A stretch of DNA of 32,000 nt from Faecalibaculum rodentium (lineage in GTDB: Bacteria > Bacillota_I > Bacilli_A > Erysipelotrichales > Erysipelotrichaceae): positions 1,590,001-1,622,000 of the forward strand of contig NZ_CP011391.1 of the NCBI RefSeq assembly GCF_001564455.1. Reading direction: 5' to 3'. Numbering within the stretch: the stretch's first letter is position 1; every line of letters starts with the position of its first letter. Below, one piece after another: positions 22,701 to 32,000 of this stretch. Below the pieces are notes generated by a model. It saw nothing but the letters and a program-made list of their open reading frames with translations. It was not told the DNA's origin and did no database searches. The position numbers and the translations under genes were made by a program.

Positions 22701-23633
22701 TCAGTAACTGGCAATGAGCTTTCCTTCCATGACCAGCTGCTGGTTTTTCAGCACCACATCTGCATCGATCAGACTGCCGATGAGAGAAACAAGCTCTTTT
22801 CTGTCCTTTTTTACGACAATCACAGCTTCGGTATCTTTTTCCTGCTTGAAATCCAGGATCCTGTAGCTCATATCATAGAGCTTGTCCCGGATCTCATCCA
22901 TGTTCCATACCGCTGCGTCCACTTCCCCGGACAGGACTTTCTGCAGCACCTGGGTGTATTCCACATTGATGTAGTCCACCTCTTTGCCCCGGCAAGCCCA
23001 TTCCGTCATCTCCTTCTGATCCACGGAAGACTGATCCACACCGATTTTCATTCCATCCTGCACATCTTTGCAGCGTCTGTCGTGAAAAACCATGATGTGA
23101 TTGGACAGATAGGAGTGCAGCCCGAAACTTTTCACGATCCGGATGGGCATCCCGCCATCAATCATTCTCTGAGCTGCATACCGGGAAATCACGGCAAAAT
23201 CATACCGGTCACACAGAACCATGGAGACCCGGTTTCTGGATCCTCTCATAAATGCCAGAGAGATGGGAATGTCATAGCTGTTTTCCATACTGGCTACCAG
23301 TCCTGTGGCCAGTCCTTCGTATCTGCGGGAATAGGGCAGCGGCATGACTCCAAGAATGTTGGTGATGCCCGCAATCTCCAGCAGTTTCTTCACGTCTCTT
23401 TTTTTCAGGATCGTTCCTGACTTGCCATGGGATTCCAGCTCCACCGCTCCGCACTGCTGCAGAAGCTTGATGGCATTCTGCACCGTTCCCCGGGCCAGCT
23501 GAATCTGATCATTGAGCTCCGTGACGGTGGGGATCCGGTCTCCTTCCTGGAATGCGAGAAGAAGATTGGCGAGTTTGCGGGTGGAAAGCCCGTTTTTGCT
23601 GAAGAGAAGTTTCTGAATGCCCATAGAATTCAA
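22701..23633 (-). CDS. yhfZ: YhfZ-like transcriptional regulator (N-terminal GntR-like wHTH + periplasmic-binding-protein-like C-terminal domain)
   Basis: 310-aa ORF. The HTH reads STRKLANLLLAFQEGDRIPTVTELNDQIQLARGTVQNAIKLLQQCGAVELESHGKSGT. The TTG start at 23633 has GGAAAGG 6 nt upstream. The alternative ATG at 23624 has poorer RBS spacing. Confidence 0.85.
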   Translation of the reverse strand: MNSMGIQKLLFSKNGLSTRKLANLLLAFQEGDRIPTVTELNDQIQLARGTVQNAIKLLQQCGAVELESHGKSGTILKKRDVKKLLEIAGITNILGVMPLPYSRRYEGLATGLVASMENSYDIPISLAFMRGSRNRVSMVLCDRYDFAVISRYAAQRMIDGGMPIRIVKSFGLHSYLSNHIMVFHDRRCKDVQDGMKIGVDQSSVDQKEMTEWACRGKEVDYINVEYTQVLQKVLSGEVDAAVWNMDEIRDKLYDMSYRILDFKQEKDTEAVIVVKKDRKELVSLIGSLIDADVVLKNQQLVMEGKLIASY

Positions 23634-23674
23634 CCGGTTCCTTTCCAGCCAGATGGCGAAACAGTGATATCGGT

Positions 23675-23699
23675 ATTATAGTACATTGTTTTGTATATT
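23675..23699 (-). promoter_or_regulatory. Candidate yhfZ promoter -10 with overlapping operator-like motif
   Basis: Perfect TATAAT on the minus strand (23680..23675). A copy of the 14-mer motif (TTGTTTTGTATATT, 23686..23699, 12/14) occupies the spacer just upstream. No good -35 element is visible. Confidence 0.4.
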
Positions 23700-23746
23700 A
23701 TGGATGCACAAGACAATCCGAAGATTCTGAATTACATCTTCTGTTC

Positions 23747-23774
23747 CAGAAAAGGCAGCCTGGTTCCGGTTGCC
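23747..23774 (-). terminator. Candidate terminator of the PNPOx-family gene
   Basis: Minus-strand GGCAACC-GGAACCA-GGCTGCC forms a 7-bp stem with one mismatch, followed by TTTTCTGG. Confidence 0.5.
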
Positions 23775-23803
23775 TGCACAGGGAAAGGATCCGCTCTTCT
23801 ACC

Positions 23804-24313
23804 TTATCCGTTTTCCGTTCTCTCTTTCTGTCTTACCAGCTCAATGGCTTCCTTGCCCGTGACATGGTCAATGGTCATCTTCAGCATGCAAAGCGGTATC
23901 CAGTCCTTCCGAATGAATTCCTCCCGGTTTTCCACCGAATCTGCAGGGGCATATTTCTCAGCCAGTTTTTCAATGGCTGTCCGCTTTTCCTGTTCATCCT
24001 CCAGGATTTCCATGGTGCCATATACGATCACGCTGCGAAACCAGGTGGTATACGCTTCCGGGTGGATCTGGTCCTGGTCCACCACGCAGAAGGAAGCCTT
24101 CGGGTTCTGCCTGATCAGGTCCAGCTTGTGCCCGCTTCTTGCACAGTGAAAATACAGCACATCCCCATCCTGCACATAGCTGATGGGCACTGCATAGGGA
24201 TACTCTTCGTCCCCGGACAATGCCAGGACTCCATTGGTCCCATAATGCAGGATCCGGTCGATTTCCGTCCGGTCAAGCGCCTGTTTCTTTCGTCTCATTT
24301 CCCTGAACATCAT
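23804..24313 (-). CDS. Pyridoxamine 5'-phosphate oxidase family protein (NimA-like flavin-binding split-barrel)
   Basis: 169 aa with an AGGAGGAGAA RBS. MRRKKQALDRTEIDRILHYGTNGVLALSGDEEYPYAVPISYVQDGDVLYFHCARSGHKLDLIRQNPKASFCVV is the characteristic N-terminal pattern of this family. Confidence 0.88.
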   Translation of the reverse strand: MMFREMRRKKQALDRTEIDRILHYGTNGVLALSGDEEYPYAVPISYVQDGDVLYFHCARSGHKLDLIRQNPKASFCVVDQDQIHPEAYTTWFRSVIVYGTMEILEDEQEKRTAIEKLAEKYAPADSVENREEFIRKDWIPLCMLKMTIDHVTGKEAIELVRQKERTENG

Positions 24314-24431
24314 TTCTCCTCCTTTTGCTGACTAAGGTTTTTCTGCGGTTGCAGGATACAGCTGTGCATTTCCGTCCTCAAGCAGAATATCTGTTCTGCC
24401 TGTTTTCCGGCAGGCAGAATAGCTGACAGGC

Positions 24432-24459
24432 AATAAAAAGGAACAGCCGCAGCCATTCC
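24432..24459 (-). terminator. Rho-independent terminator of kdpE
   Basis: Minus-strand GGAATGGC-TGCG-GCTGTTCC forms an 8-bp stem with two G-U pairs, followed by TTTTTATTG. It lies 20 nt after the kdpE stop. Confidence 0.65.
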
Positions 24460-24478
24460 CTCATATTCTGTATCCCTG

Positions 24479-25171
24479 CTACAGTCCGGCTTCCGGTTCT
24501 TCCCGGACCATCTTGTATCCGACACCGAAACTCGTTTCGATGAACCGGTGATCGAGCTTCTTGCGCAGCATCGTCATGTAGACCCGCAGGTTGGTCATGT
24601 CCGAACTCCAGGAGCTGTTCCAGATCTGCGTGGTGAGGAAATTGCGCGTCAGCACCTTCCCCGCATTCCGGGAAAACAGCACCAGGATCCTGTACTCCAT
24701 CGGCGTCAGATGCAGCAGCTTTCCATCCAGGCGCACTTCCTGCTCCTGGTACCGGATCTCCAGTCCCCCGTTCACAAACACATCCGACTCCGGCAAAGTG
24801 CCTGTCTGTTCCAGACGCCGGCAGATCACCCGGATCCGTGCCAGCAGTTCATCCACCGAAAAAGGCTTGGCCAGATAGTCATCTGCACCCAGGTCCAGCG
24901 CCTCGATCTTGTCCGCCGGCTCGCTTCTGGCCGACAGAACCAGGATCGGTGCCTGGGAAAAACCCCGGATCTTCCGGATCACCTCCAGGCCATCCAGATC
25001 CGGCAGACCCAGGTCCAGGATCACCAGCTCCGGTTTCTCCGAGAGAAACATCGACAGAGCTTCCTTTGCGCTTTTGGCCTGGATCAGGGGATAGTCGGAC
25101 AGCTCAAACACCGTCCGCAGCAGACTGGTCATCTGCAGGTCGTCTTCCACACTTAGTATCAATGGCTTCAT
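24479..25171 (-). CDS. kdpE: KdpE response regulator (OmpR family)
   Basis: Start trimmed to ATG 25171 (MKPLILSVEDD...), with AGGAGAG 5 nt upstream. The receiver domain (ILDLGLPDLDG, VLSARSEPADKIEALDLGADDYLAKPF) is followed by a winged-helix output domain (LTPMEYRIL...GVGYK). Confidence 0.93.
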   Translation of the reverse strand: MKPLILSVEDDLQMTSLLRTVFELSDYPLIQAKSAKEALSMFLSEKPELVILDLGLPDLDGLEVIRKIRGFSQAPILVLSARSEPADKIEALDLGADDYLAKPFSVDELLARIRVICRRLEQTGTLPESDVFVNGGLEIRYQEQEVRLDGKLLHLTPMEYRILVLFSRNAGKVLTRNFLTTQIWNSSWSSDMTNLRVYMTMLRKKLDHRFIETSFGVGYKMVREEPEAGL

Positions 25172-27773
25172 CCGTCTCTCCTGTACATGGCAGCTTGATG
25201 CAGAAGCAGGCACCGGGGGCATTGTCCCGGTAGGAAATGGAACCGCCGTGAGCCTCGACAATGCTGTGCACCAGAGACAGGCCCAGTCCCATGCTTCTGC
25301 AGCTGTCCGCTATTGTAGTGGATTTCCGGCAGAAAGGCTCAAAGAGATGCTCCCGGACTTCCTTTGGGATCCCCGGACCGTCATCCGCGACCTCCAGGAC
25401 CACCTTGTCTCCCTGTTTCCGGCCGCTCACCATAATGGCAGTCTGTGCGGGGGTATGGGCCATGGCATTGCCAATGAGGTTCACGAACAGCTGCACCATG
25501 AGCCGGCCGTCAAGGAAAGCGCTGCAGTCCGGGGCGATGTCGATCGTCACGGGATGGTCAGTCTGTCTGGTGCCCGTGTGCTGCAAGGCCTGCACCGCCG
25601 CTTCCTCCAGCTCCACTTCCTGCCGGTTCAGGTGCACTGCTCCCTCGTCGAGCCTGGTCAGCGACAGCAGGTTTTCCACGGTAGCCCGCAGCCAGAGAGA
25701 TTCCTGGCGGATGGAGGCAGCCAGCGACCTCTGCTGGTCCTCGCGCAGACCCGGATGCGTCAGAAGATCCGCACTGGCGCCAATGGTGGTCAGCGGGGTC
25801 CGCAGGTCGTGGGAAATGGACCGCAGCAGCGAGGTCTTCATCCCCTGCTGCTGGGCCTTGAGCGCTTCCTGTTCCCGCAGTCGCGCATTCTCGTTGTTTT
25901 CCAGCGCCAGCCCGGCCTGTCCCAGCAGCGACAGGACCACCACGTTTTCCGCTGTGGACAGCCGGTCCCTGCCCAGGTCGATCCCCAGTACCCCGAAAAT
26001 GTGCTGCCGGTGCCGGAGGGCCAGATAGAGACCCCTGGCCCCCTGCAGCGTGTCGGTGGAGGCCCCGGCCCGCCGGTTGTTTTTCAGCGTCCACAAGGCC
26101 ACCGCCTGTTCCCTGGCCGCCAGCAGCCCTGCGGGATCCCCCGCATACAGCGGTTTTCCCAGACTGCCGGACCGGTTGGGATAGAACACCACAGGCCGGT
26201 CCAGGTAGCGTGAAATTTCCTTGGTGATATACGCCGCGATGTCCGCATCCTGTTCCAGGGACTGAAGACTCTGCCCCGCTTCATACAGCAGGGCATTCTG
26301 GGCCGCGGCCTGGGCCGATGCACTGGCCTGGCTGCGAAGGCGGATCGCCAGGCGGGACACGACAACGGAGATCACCAGCATGGCCGCAAAGGCCATGAGG
26401 CAGCCTTTGTCGAAAAGAACCACGGACATTACCGGGTGGGCAAACCGGTACCCGAAGAGGATCACGCAGGCAGCGCAGGAAAGCACGGACTGCCAGATGT
26501 GTCTGGCATACAGCGCACCTGCCAGGCTCCCGAAAATGAAGACCGCCAGCAGGTTGGCCTGGGAAAACCCGAGGCGCTCCCCCGCCCATGCCAGGACAAA
26601 GGTGGCGGCCACGACCAGGAGCTGCAGTCCCAGTCCCGACATGTCTGTCGCCCTGCGCTTCAGTCCTCTGTTCTGATTCCGGGTGCCGGTACCGGCTGCC
26701 GTATCCGCCTCCGGATCCGGAATGATGAAGATCTCCGAATCCGGGGCCGCTTCGGCCAGCTTCTGCGCAAAGGACACCGGGCCGAAGACACTCTTTCGCC
26801 CCCGGCGGCCGATCACGATTTTCGTCACATGAGTCTGGCGTGCAAAGATCCCGATCTGCCCGGCAATGTCTTCCCCCGAGGCCGATTCGATCTGTGCGCC
26901 CAGCCGGTTGGCCAGCCGCATGTTTTCCTGCAGCCGGGCCTCGTCCGCCGCCTCCAGGTCCCGGTTGTCCGCTGTCTGGATATAGAGTGCCGAAAACCGG
27001 GCATCGAAGGCTCTTGCCATGCGGGCCGCAGACCGGATGATCCGGGCATTGGAGGGTGAAGCCGAAAGACAGACCAGCACGTGATCCCGGGCCCAGGTTT
27101 CCGGCGCAATGCGGTTGAGCCGGTCGGCACACCGCCGCATGGCGATTTCCCGCAGTGCCACCAGATTGTCCTCCGTGAAGAAATTCTGTGCCGCCAGCCG
27201 GGCCTGATCCGCGTGATAGATCTTTCCTTCCCGCAGCCTGTCGAGCAGTTCCGGGGCCTCGATGTCCACCAGCTCGATCTGGTCCGCCAGGTCGAAGACA
27301 TCATCCGGGATCCGCTCCCGGACCAGGATCCCCGTAATGGCTGCCACCTGGTCCTGCAGGCTTTCCAGATGCTGGACATTCAGGGTCGTATAGACATCGA
27401 TCCCATGCACCAGCAGCTCCTGGATGTCCCGGTACCGCTTCCGGTGGCGCGATCCGGCTGCGTTGGTGTGGGCCAGTTCATCCACCAGGGCGATCTGCGG
27501 GGCACGGGCGATCACCGCATCGGTATCCATCTCCCGGAGCTTCAGCCCCTTGTGGTCCAGCACCCGGCAGGGCACGGTTTCCAGACCCTCTGCCTTCCGG
27601 CTCGTATCCGGCCGGTCATGGGGTTCCAGATATCCAATGACCACATCCGCGCCTTTCTCCCGCGCAGTTTTTCCCGCCTCCAGCATGGCCCAGGTCTTGC
27701 CGGTTCCGGCCGCATACCCGAAAAAGATTTTCAGCCGGCCGCGCTTGTTACATGTGTTTCCTGCATCAGACAT
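25104..27773 (-). CDS. kdpD: KdpD sensor histidine kinase
   Basis: Start trimmed to ATG 27773 (MSDAGNTCNKRGRLKIFFGYAAGTGKTWAML, the KdpD N-terminal P-loop domain). A Usp-like region, TM segments, the H-box SHDLRTPLT and an HATPase domain (DDGPGIP...GLGLS) follow. Length 889 aa. Confidence 0.93.
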   Translation of the reverse strand: MSDAGNTCNKRGRLKIFFGYAAGTGKTWAMLEAGKTAREKGADVVIGYLEPHDRPDTSRKAEGLETVPCRVLDHKGLKLREMDTDAVIARAPQIALVDELAHTNAAGSRHRKRYRDIQELLVHGIDVYTTLNVQHLESLQDQVAAITGILVRERIPDDVFDLADQIELVDIEAPELLDRLREGKIYHADQARLAAQNFFTEDNLVALREIAMRRCADRLNRIAPETWARDHVLVCLSASPSNARIIRSAARMARAFDARFSALYIQTADNRDLEAADEARLQENMRLANRLGAQIESASGEDIAGQIGIFARQTHVTKIVIGRRGRKSVFGPVSFAQKLAEAAPDSEIFIIPDPEADTAAGTGTRNQNRGLKRRATDMSGLGLQLLVVAATFVLAWAGERLGFSQANLLAVFIFGSLAGALYARHIWQSVLSCAACVILFGYRFAHPVMSVVLFDKGCLMAFAAMLVISVVVSRLAIRLRSQASASAQAAAQNALLYEAGQSLQSLEQDADIAAYITKEISRYLDRPVVFYPNRSGSLGKPLYAGDPAGLLAAREQAVALWTLKNNRRAGASTDTLQGARGLYLALRHRQHIFGVLGIDLGRDRLSTAENVVVLSLLGQAGLALENNENARLREQEALKAQQQGMKTSLLRSISHDLRTPLTTIGASADLLTHPGLREDQQRSLAASIRQESLWLRATVENLLSLTRLDEGAVHLNRQEVELEEAAVQALQHTGTRQTDHPVTIDIAPDCSAFLDGRLMVQLFVNLIGNAMAHTPAQTAIMVSGRKQGDKVVLEVADDGPGIPKEVREHLFEPFCRKSTTIADSCRSMGLGLSLVHSIVEAHGGSISYRDNAPGACFCIKLPCTGETDEAIDTKCGRRPADDQSAADGV

Positions 27774-27828
27774 GGTCTCATTCTGCCACAAAGGCCCTGC
27801 GCCTGAACAACGCAAAGCCTCTGTTTCC

Positions 27829-28410
27829 TTATTCCTGTCCATCCAGTGCCAGGTTGACTCTGACAACGCTGACGGTCTTTTCGGAGAACACCGTGGGATT
27901 GACGTTCTCCCGGATGATTTCTTCCACCGTGACCTCGTCCATATCCCGGGCTGCAGCAATCCGCGGCACCTGCCACAATGCCGCGTCCAGCGAGAGATCC
28001 GGGTCATTGCCCGATCCGGAATACGTCACCAGCTCCTCCGGCACCGGACCGGCCGCATCGGGATTGGCTGCGGCGATCTGCTGCATCCGCTGCGCCTTCT
28101 GTGCCTGATACTCCGGGCTGCCTGTGTCACTGTTGGCGGGTACACCCACGACATACCAGCTGCCGTCTTCCTTCTGCACCGCCTGCTGCTTCTGCAGCCG
28201 GCCCCAGAGGTGACCTGCATCGCGGAAGTTTTCTCCCGCCAGCAGACTTGTCTTCCCCTGGATGCCGATGGTGAGAGATCCGTCGGCCTGTACCGGAAAG
28301 AACAGGCGGCTGATGCCCAGAACAGCGAAGGAATAGACCAGGCCGGTCAGCACCAGGGCCAGCACCAGGAATTTCAGGGCGCTGACAGACTGCTTCCAAT
28401 AAAGTTTCAT
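27829..28410 (-). CDS. kdpC: Potassium-transporting ATPase subunit C
   Basis: Start trimmed to ATG 28410 (preceded by TAGGAGGAA). The protein starts MKLYWKQSVSALKFLVLALVLTGLVYSFAV and contains SGSGNDPDLS, the typical KdpC SGSxLDPxIS region. Confidence 0.9.
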   Translation of the reverse strand: MKLYWKQSVSALKFLVLALVLTGLVYSFAVLGISRLFFPVQADGSLTIGIQGKTSLLAGENFRDAGHLWGRLQKQQAVQKEDGSWYVVGVPANSDTGSPEYQAQKAQRMQQIAAANPDAAGPVPEELVTYSGSGNDPDLSLDAALWQVPRIAAARDMDEVTVEEIIRENVNPTVFSEKTVSVVRVNLALDGQE

Positions 28411-28421
28411 GCGGATTCCTC

Positions 28422-30452
28422 CTAGATCCAGAGGCTGATCACCATGTCGATCAGCTTGATGCATACAAAGGGTGTCACGATCCCGCCGCAGCCATAGAGC
28501 AGCAGGTTGCGAGCGAGCAGACGGTCAGCCGGCAGTTCCCGGTACTTCACGCCCTTCAATGCCAGCGGGATCAGGGCGATGATGATCAGGGCGTTGAAGA
28601 TCACCGCTGACAGGATCGCCGATTCGGCCGAGTGCAGGTGCATGATGTTCAGCACCTCCAGCCCCGGGTAGATGGCGGTGAACAGGACCGGAATGATTGC
28701 GAAGTACTTCGCGGCGTCATTGGCAATGGAGAACGTCGTCAGCGCTCCCCGGGTCATGAGCAGCTGCTTGCCGATCTTCACGATCTGGATCAGCTTGGTG
28801 GGCGAGGAATCCAGATCCACCATGTTGCCGGCTTCCTTCGCGGCCTGAGTGCCGGTGTTCATGGCCACAGCCACATCTGCCTGCGCCAGGGCCGGCGCAT
28901 CGTTGGTTCCATCACCGGTCATGGCGACCAGGTGTCCTTTCTCCTGATAGTCCCGAATCATGTCCAGCTTGCCCTGGGGCGTGGCTTCAGCCAGGAAGTC
29001 ATCGACTCCCGCTTCCGCCGCAATGGCTGCTGCTGTCAGGGGGTTGTCTCCCGTGATCATGATGGTCCGGATCCCCATCTTCCGCATATCCGCAAACTTC
29101 TCCTGCACCCCCTGCTTGATGATGTCCTTCAGGTGGATCACGCCCAGGATCCGGTCATTCCGGAGCACCACCAGCGGCGTTCCGCCGGATTTTGCGATGT
29201 CCTCGACAATGGCGTCACAGTCCTCGGGCCAGGGCACGCCCTGCCGCAGTGCGAAGCTGCGCACGGAATCCGCCGCCCCTTTCCGGATCGTCTGGTCGCC
29301 GTAGCTGACACCACTCATGCGGGTGGCGGCGGTGAAGGGAATGAACTCCATGGCAGGCTCCGGGGACAAGTCGATCCCGAACTGCTCCCTGGCCAGCTGC
29401 AGCACACTGCGGCCCTCGGGGGTTTCATCCGCCAGCGAGGACAGCACCGCCGCATGCGCCAGATCCCGTTCGCTCACGCCCTTCACCGGGAAAAACGCCG
29501 CGGCCTGCCGGTTGCCCAGGGTGATGGTCCCCGTCTTGTCCAGCAGCAGCACATCCACGTCACCCGCCGCTTCAATGGCCCGCCCCGACATGGCCAGGAC
29601 ATTTTCCTGATTCAGCCGGCTCATGCCCGCAATGCCAATGGCAGAGAGCAGGGCGCCGATGGTGGTCGGGGCCAGGCACACGAGCAGTGCCAGCAGTGTC
29701 GTGATGGAGGCGGGATTGGCCATTCCCTTTTCACGGGAAGCGAACGCCGAGTAGCAGTACAGGGCGATGACCACCAGCACGAAGATCACCGTCAGGGCAA
29801 TCAGGAAGATCTGCAGGGCGATCTCATTGGGGGTCTTTTTGCGGGCGGCTCCTTCCACCATGGCGATCATCTTGTCCAGAAACCCCTTGCCTGGCTCGGC
29901 CGTGACAGACACGACGATCACATCTGACAGCACCGTGGTTCCGCCGGTCACGGCACAGCGGTCACCGCCGGCTTCCCGGATCACCGGAGCCGATTCACCG
30001 GTGATGGCACTTTCGTCCACCGATGCGGCTCCATAGACCACATCTCCGTCCGCCGGAATCATTTCTCCGGCTTTCACCACCACAAGGTCCCCCGCATGAA
30101 GCTCCGTGGAGCTGATGGGCGTGACCTGCTCCAGGGTTTCCACAGACTCGATACGGTTTGCCTCGATGTCCTTCTTTGCCTTGCGCAGCGAATCTGCCTG
30201 GGCCTTGCCCCGGCCTTCGGCGATCGCCTCGGCAAAGTTCGCAAACAGGCACGTGAACCACAGAATCAGTGCCACCGCCAGGGTGTAGCCGGAAGAGGCA
30301 TCCTGCCAGCCGAAGAGGCCGATGATCCAGAGGACTGTCACGGCAATGGCGGACAGATACACCAGAAACATCACGGGGTTTTCCGCCTGTGTCCGGGGAT
30401 ACAGTTTCACAAAGGAATCCCGCACAGCGCGTTCGATCATGGAACGGTTCAT
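28422..30452 (-). CDS. kdpB: Potassium-transporting P-type ATPase subunit B
   Basis: Motifs [16 protein letters not shown] (phosphorylation site), TGDN and [11 protein letters not shown]. The ATG at 30452 is preferred. The track start at 30461 is a GTG only 3 nt from the GGGAGG and overlaps the kdpA stop. Confidence 0.93.
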   Translation of the reverse strand: MNRSMIERAVRDSFVKLYPRTQAENPVMFLVYLSAIAVTVLWIIGLFGWQDASSGYTLAVALILWFTCLFANFAEAIAEGRGKAQADSLRKAKKDIEANRIESVETLEQVTPISSTELHAGDLVVVKAGEMIPADGDVVYGAASVDESAITGESAPVIREAGGDRCAVTGGTTVLSDVIVVSVTAEPGKGFLDKMIAMVEGAARKKTPNEIALQIFLIALTVIFVLVVIALYCYSAFASREKGMANPASITTLLALLVCLAPTTIGALLSAIGIAGMSRLNQENVLAMSGRAIEAAGDVDVLLLDKTGTITLGNRQAAAFFPVKGVSERDLAHAAVLSSLADETPEGRSVLQLAREQFGIDLSPEPAMEFIPFTAATRMSGVSYGDQTIRKGAADSVRSFALRQGVPWPEDCDAIVEDIAKSGGTPLVVLRNDRILGVIHLKDIIKQGVQEKFADMRKMGIRTIMITGDNPLTAAAIAAEAGVDDFLAEATPQGKLDMIRDYQEKGHLVAMTGDGTNDAPALAQADVAVAMNTGTQAAKEAGNMVDLDSSPTKLIQIVKIGKQLLMTRGALTTFSIANDAAKYFAIIPVLFTAIYPGLEVLNIMHLHSAESAILSAVIFNALIIIALIPLALKGVKYRELPADRLLARNLLLYGCGGIVTPFVCIKLIDMVISLWI

Positions 30453-30457
30453 GGTTC

Positions 30458-32000
30458 TCACATACCTCCCAACAGTTCAGCCACAGGTCCCAGGGCCAGG
30501 GCCGGGAAAAAGCTCAGGGCTCCCACCAGCAGGACCACCAGGACCAGCAGGAACACAAACATCGCATTGTCGGTTTTCAGCATCCCCGCATTGTCCGCCA
30601 CCGGCTGTTTCATGCCCAGAGATCCCGCCATCTGCAGCACGGCCATCATCGGCACGAATCTGGCTGCCAACATGAGCAGACCGCCGAGTCCGTTGACCAG
30701 CCATCCCGTAGTGTCATAGCCTGCCATGGCGCTGCCGTTGTTGGCGCCCATGGAGGAGAATGCGTAGAGGATCTGCGTGAATCCGTGGGCGCCGGGATCC
30801 AGGCCGGGCATGGGGTGCAGCGAGGCAATGGCCGAACCGGCGAGAATGCAAACCGGGGTCGCCAGACACAGAATCACCGCCCGTTTCATTTCGTATGGCT
30901 CGATTTTCTTGTGGAGGAACTCCGGGGTGCGGCCGACCATGAGACCGGCAATGAACACGGTCAGGATCACGAAGGCGAGCATTCCGTAGAGGCCGCTGCC
31001 CACGCCCCCAAACACCACTTCCCCGACCTGCATGAGCACCAGGCACACCAGGGCAGAGAGGCTGTTCATGCTGTTGAGGGCGGAGTTCACCGATCCGCTG
31101 GAAGCGGCGGTGGTGCTCACGGACCAAAGGGCACTCTGGGCCACGCCGATCCGGGCTTCCTTTCCTTCCATGTTCATTTGCTGCAGTTCAGGGACCATGG
31201 CAGCGGCCAGTGCCAGGACAAAGAGCACAGCCATGGCCGAAAAGAGGGCGATCCCCTGCCTGCGGTTTTTCACCATGAAGCCGAAGGAGAAGCACAGGGC
31301 CATGGGGATCAGCAGGATCAGTACGTTTTCCAGGACATTGGTCAGCGCGGTGGGGTTCTCAAAGGGATTCGCGGAATTGCCCTGGGTGATCCCCCCGCCG
31401 TTGGTGCCGGCCTGTTTGATGGCGATCTGCGAGGCGGCCAGTCCTGTCGGAATGCGCTGTTCTGTGATCACCACGGCATCGGGCACCGGTTCGTCATTCA
31501 CATATACCGTCCCGTTTTCGATGACTGCCTCTTCCAGGATCGTTCCATCGGCCGTCGCAGCCACAGGTTCGGTCAGGGCGACATACTGCTCGCTGCCGGG
31601 ATTCATGGGCACCCCCTGCCAGGAGAGGATCACACCGGAGACCAGGCTCACGGGAATGAGGATGAAGAGAATGGCACCGGTCATGTCCTGCCAGAAGTTT
31701 CCCAGCGCGGCGGACTGCCGGCCCGTCAGGCCCCGGATCAGGGCGAAGAGCACACAGATGCCCACAGCCGCGGACACAAAGTTCTGGACCGTGATTCCGA
31801 AGGTTTCCGTCACCCAGCCCAGGGACAGCATAGGGTCATAGGACTGCCAGTTGGTGTTGGTGACAAAGGAACAGGCAGTGTTGAACGCCATGACGGGATC
31901 CATCCCGTCCACGAGCAGCATGACGAGCAGCAGGATCAGGGAAGCTGCCGAGAGGGTGAGCACCGCCGCGAGATACTGCTTCCAGTTCATCTCCCGGCCG
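30458..32000 (-). CDS. kdpA: Potassium-transporting ATPase subunit A, 5' end beyond window
   Basis: The ORF begins at an internal MNWKQYL. The frame stays open upstream to the window edge (..[10 protein letters not shown]), and E. coli KdpA has the same ..REMNWKQYL motif about 55 aa into the protein. [10 protein letters not shown] is also conserved. Confidence 0.9.
   Translation of the reverse strand, partial: GREMNWKQYLAAVLTLSAASLILLLVMLLVDGMDPVMAFNTACSFVTNTNWQSYDPMLSLGWVTETFGITVQNFVSAAVGICVLFALIRGLTGRQSAALGNFWQDMTGAILFILIPVSLVSGVILSWQGVPMNPGSEQYVALTEPVAATADGTILEEAVIENGTVYVNDEPVPDAVVITEQRIPTGLAASQIAIKQAGTNGGGITQGNSANPFENPTALTNVLENVLILLIPMALCFSFGFMVKNRRQGIALFSAMAVLFVLALAAAMVPELQQMNMEGKEARIGVAQSALWSVSTTAASSGSVNSALNSMNSLSALVCLVLMQVGEVVFGGVGSGLYGMLAFVILTVFIAGLMVGRTPEFLHKKIEPYEMKRAVILCLATPVCILAGSAIASLHPMPGLDPGAHGFTQILYAFSSMGANNGSAMAGYDTTGWLVNGLGGLLMLAARFVPMMAVLQMAGSLGMKQPVADNAGMLKTDNAMFVFLLVLVVLLVGALSFFPALALGPVAELLGGM

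Noticed and set aside
25248-28425. Plus-strand ORFs of 255-333 aa (25248..26213, 25261..26028, 27424..28425) and out-of-frame minus-strand ORFs (such as 26281..27132) within the kdp region.
   Set aside because: All are antisense to or out of frame with kdpD and kdpC, whose frames carry diagnostic motifs. The alternative ORFs have arbitrary, biased composition and no RBS.
31988-31990. ATG at 31990 as the true start of kdpA.
   Set aside because: The frame stays open to the window edge. The motif REMNWKQYL lies about 55 residues inside E. coli KdpA, so the gene is truncated by the window rather than starting here.
1-32000. CRISPR arrays, tandem repeats, rRNA genes.
   Set aside because: No regularly spaced direct repeats and no rRNA-like sequence were seen while scanning the window. 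The only RNA gene found is tRNA-Leu.

Overview
GC-rich (by eye well above 50%) Firmicutes/Clostridia-style chromosomal segment with strong GGAGG-type RBSs. It holds about 30 genes, and almost all lie on the minus strand. Left to right: (1) A YtrA-type GntR regulator + ABC ATPase + ABC-2 permease operon, with the permease cut by the window start. (2) A terminator-bounded pair of translationally coupled small hypothetical genes, a 58-aa membrane ORF absent from the ORF track, and an esterase. (3) tRNA-Leu(CAG), followed by an AT-richer islet. The islet carries a doubly disrupted AbiEi-type antitoxin pseudogene with no toxin partner. It also carries a tightly overlapped three-gene cassette: a YjbR-like + TerB-N + TerB-C protein, a DUF2791/BrxD-type P-loop ATPase, and an Lhr/BrxHI-type DExH helicase. 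This cassette matches the composition of the Shango anti-phage system. A membrane-anchored XRE regulator sits next to it. (4) A histidine-phosphatase gene broken by one in-frame TAA, then xpt, then a two-gene ThrE-type exporter. (5) A nine-gene cluster homologous to the functionally unassigned E. coli yhfZ-yhfY-yhfX-yhfW-php-yhfU-yhfT-yhfS locus. It is reordered, has an extra short amidase-signature gene, and is decorated with a recurring AT-rich 14-mer and a structured leader. (6) A PNPOx/Nim-like gene. (7) kdpEDCBA, with kdpA running off the window end. I saw no CRISPR array, rRNA, transposase or integrase. Best candidates for new biology are the TerB/ATPase/helicase cassette with its unusual N-terminal YjbR-like fusion, and the orphan yhf-like pathway cluster with its regulatory architecture. 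All family assignments come from reading motifs by eye; no database search was possible.
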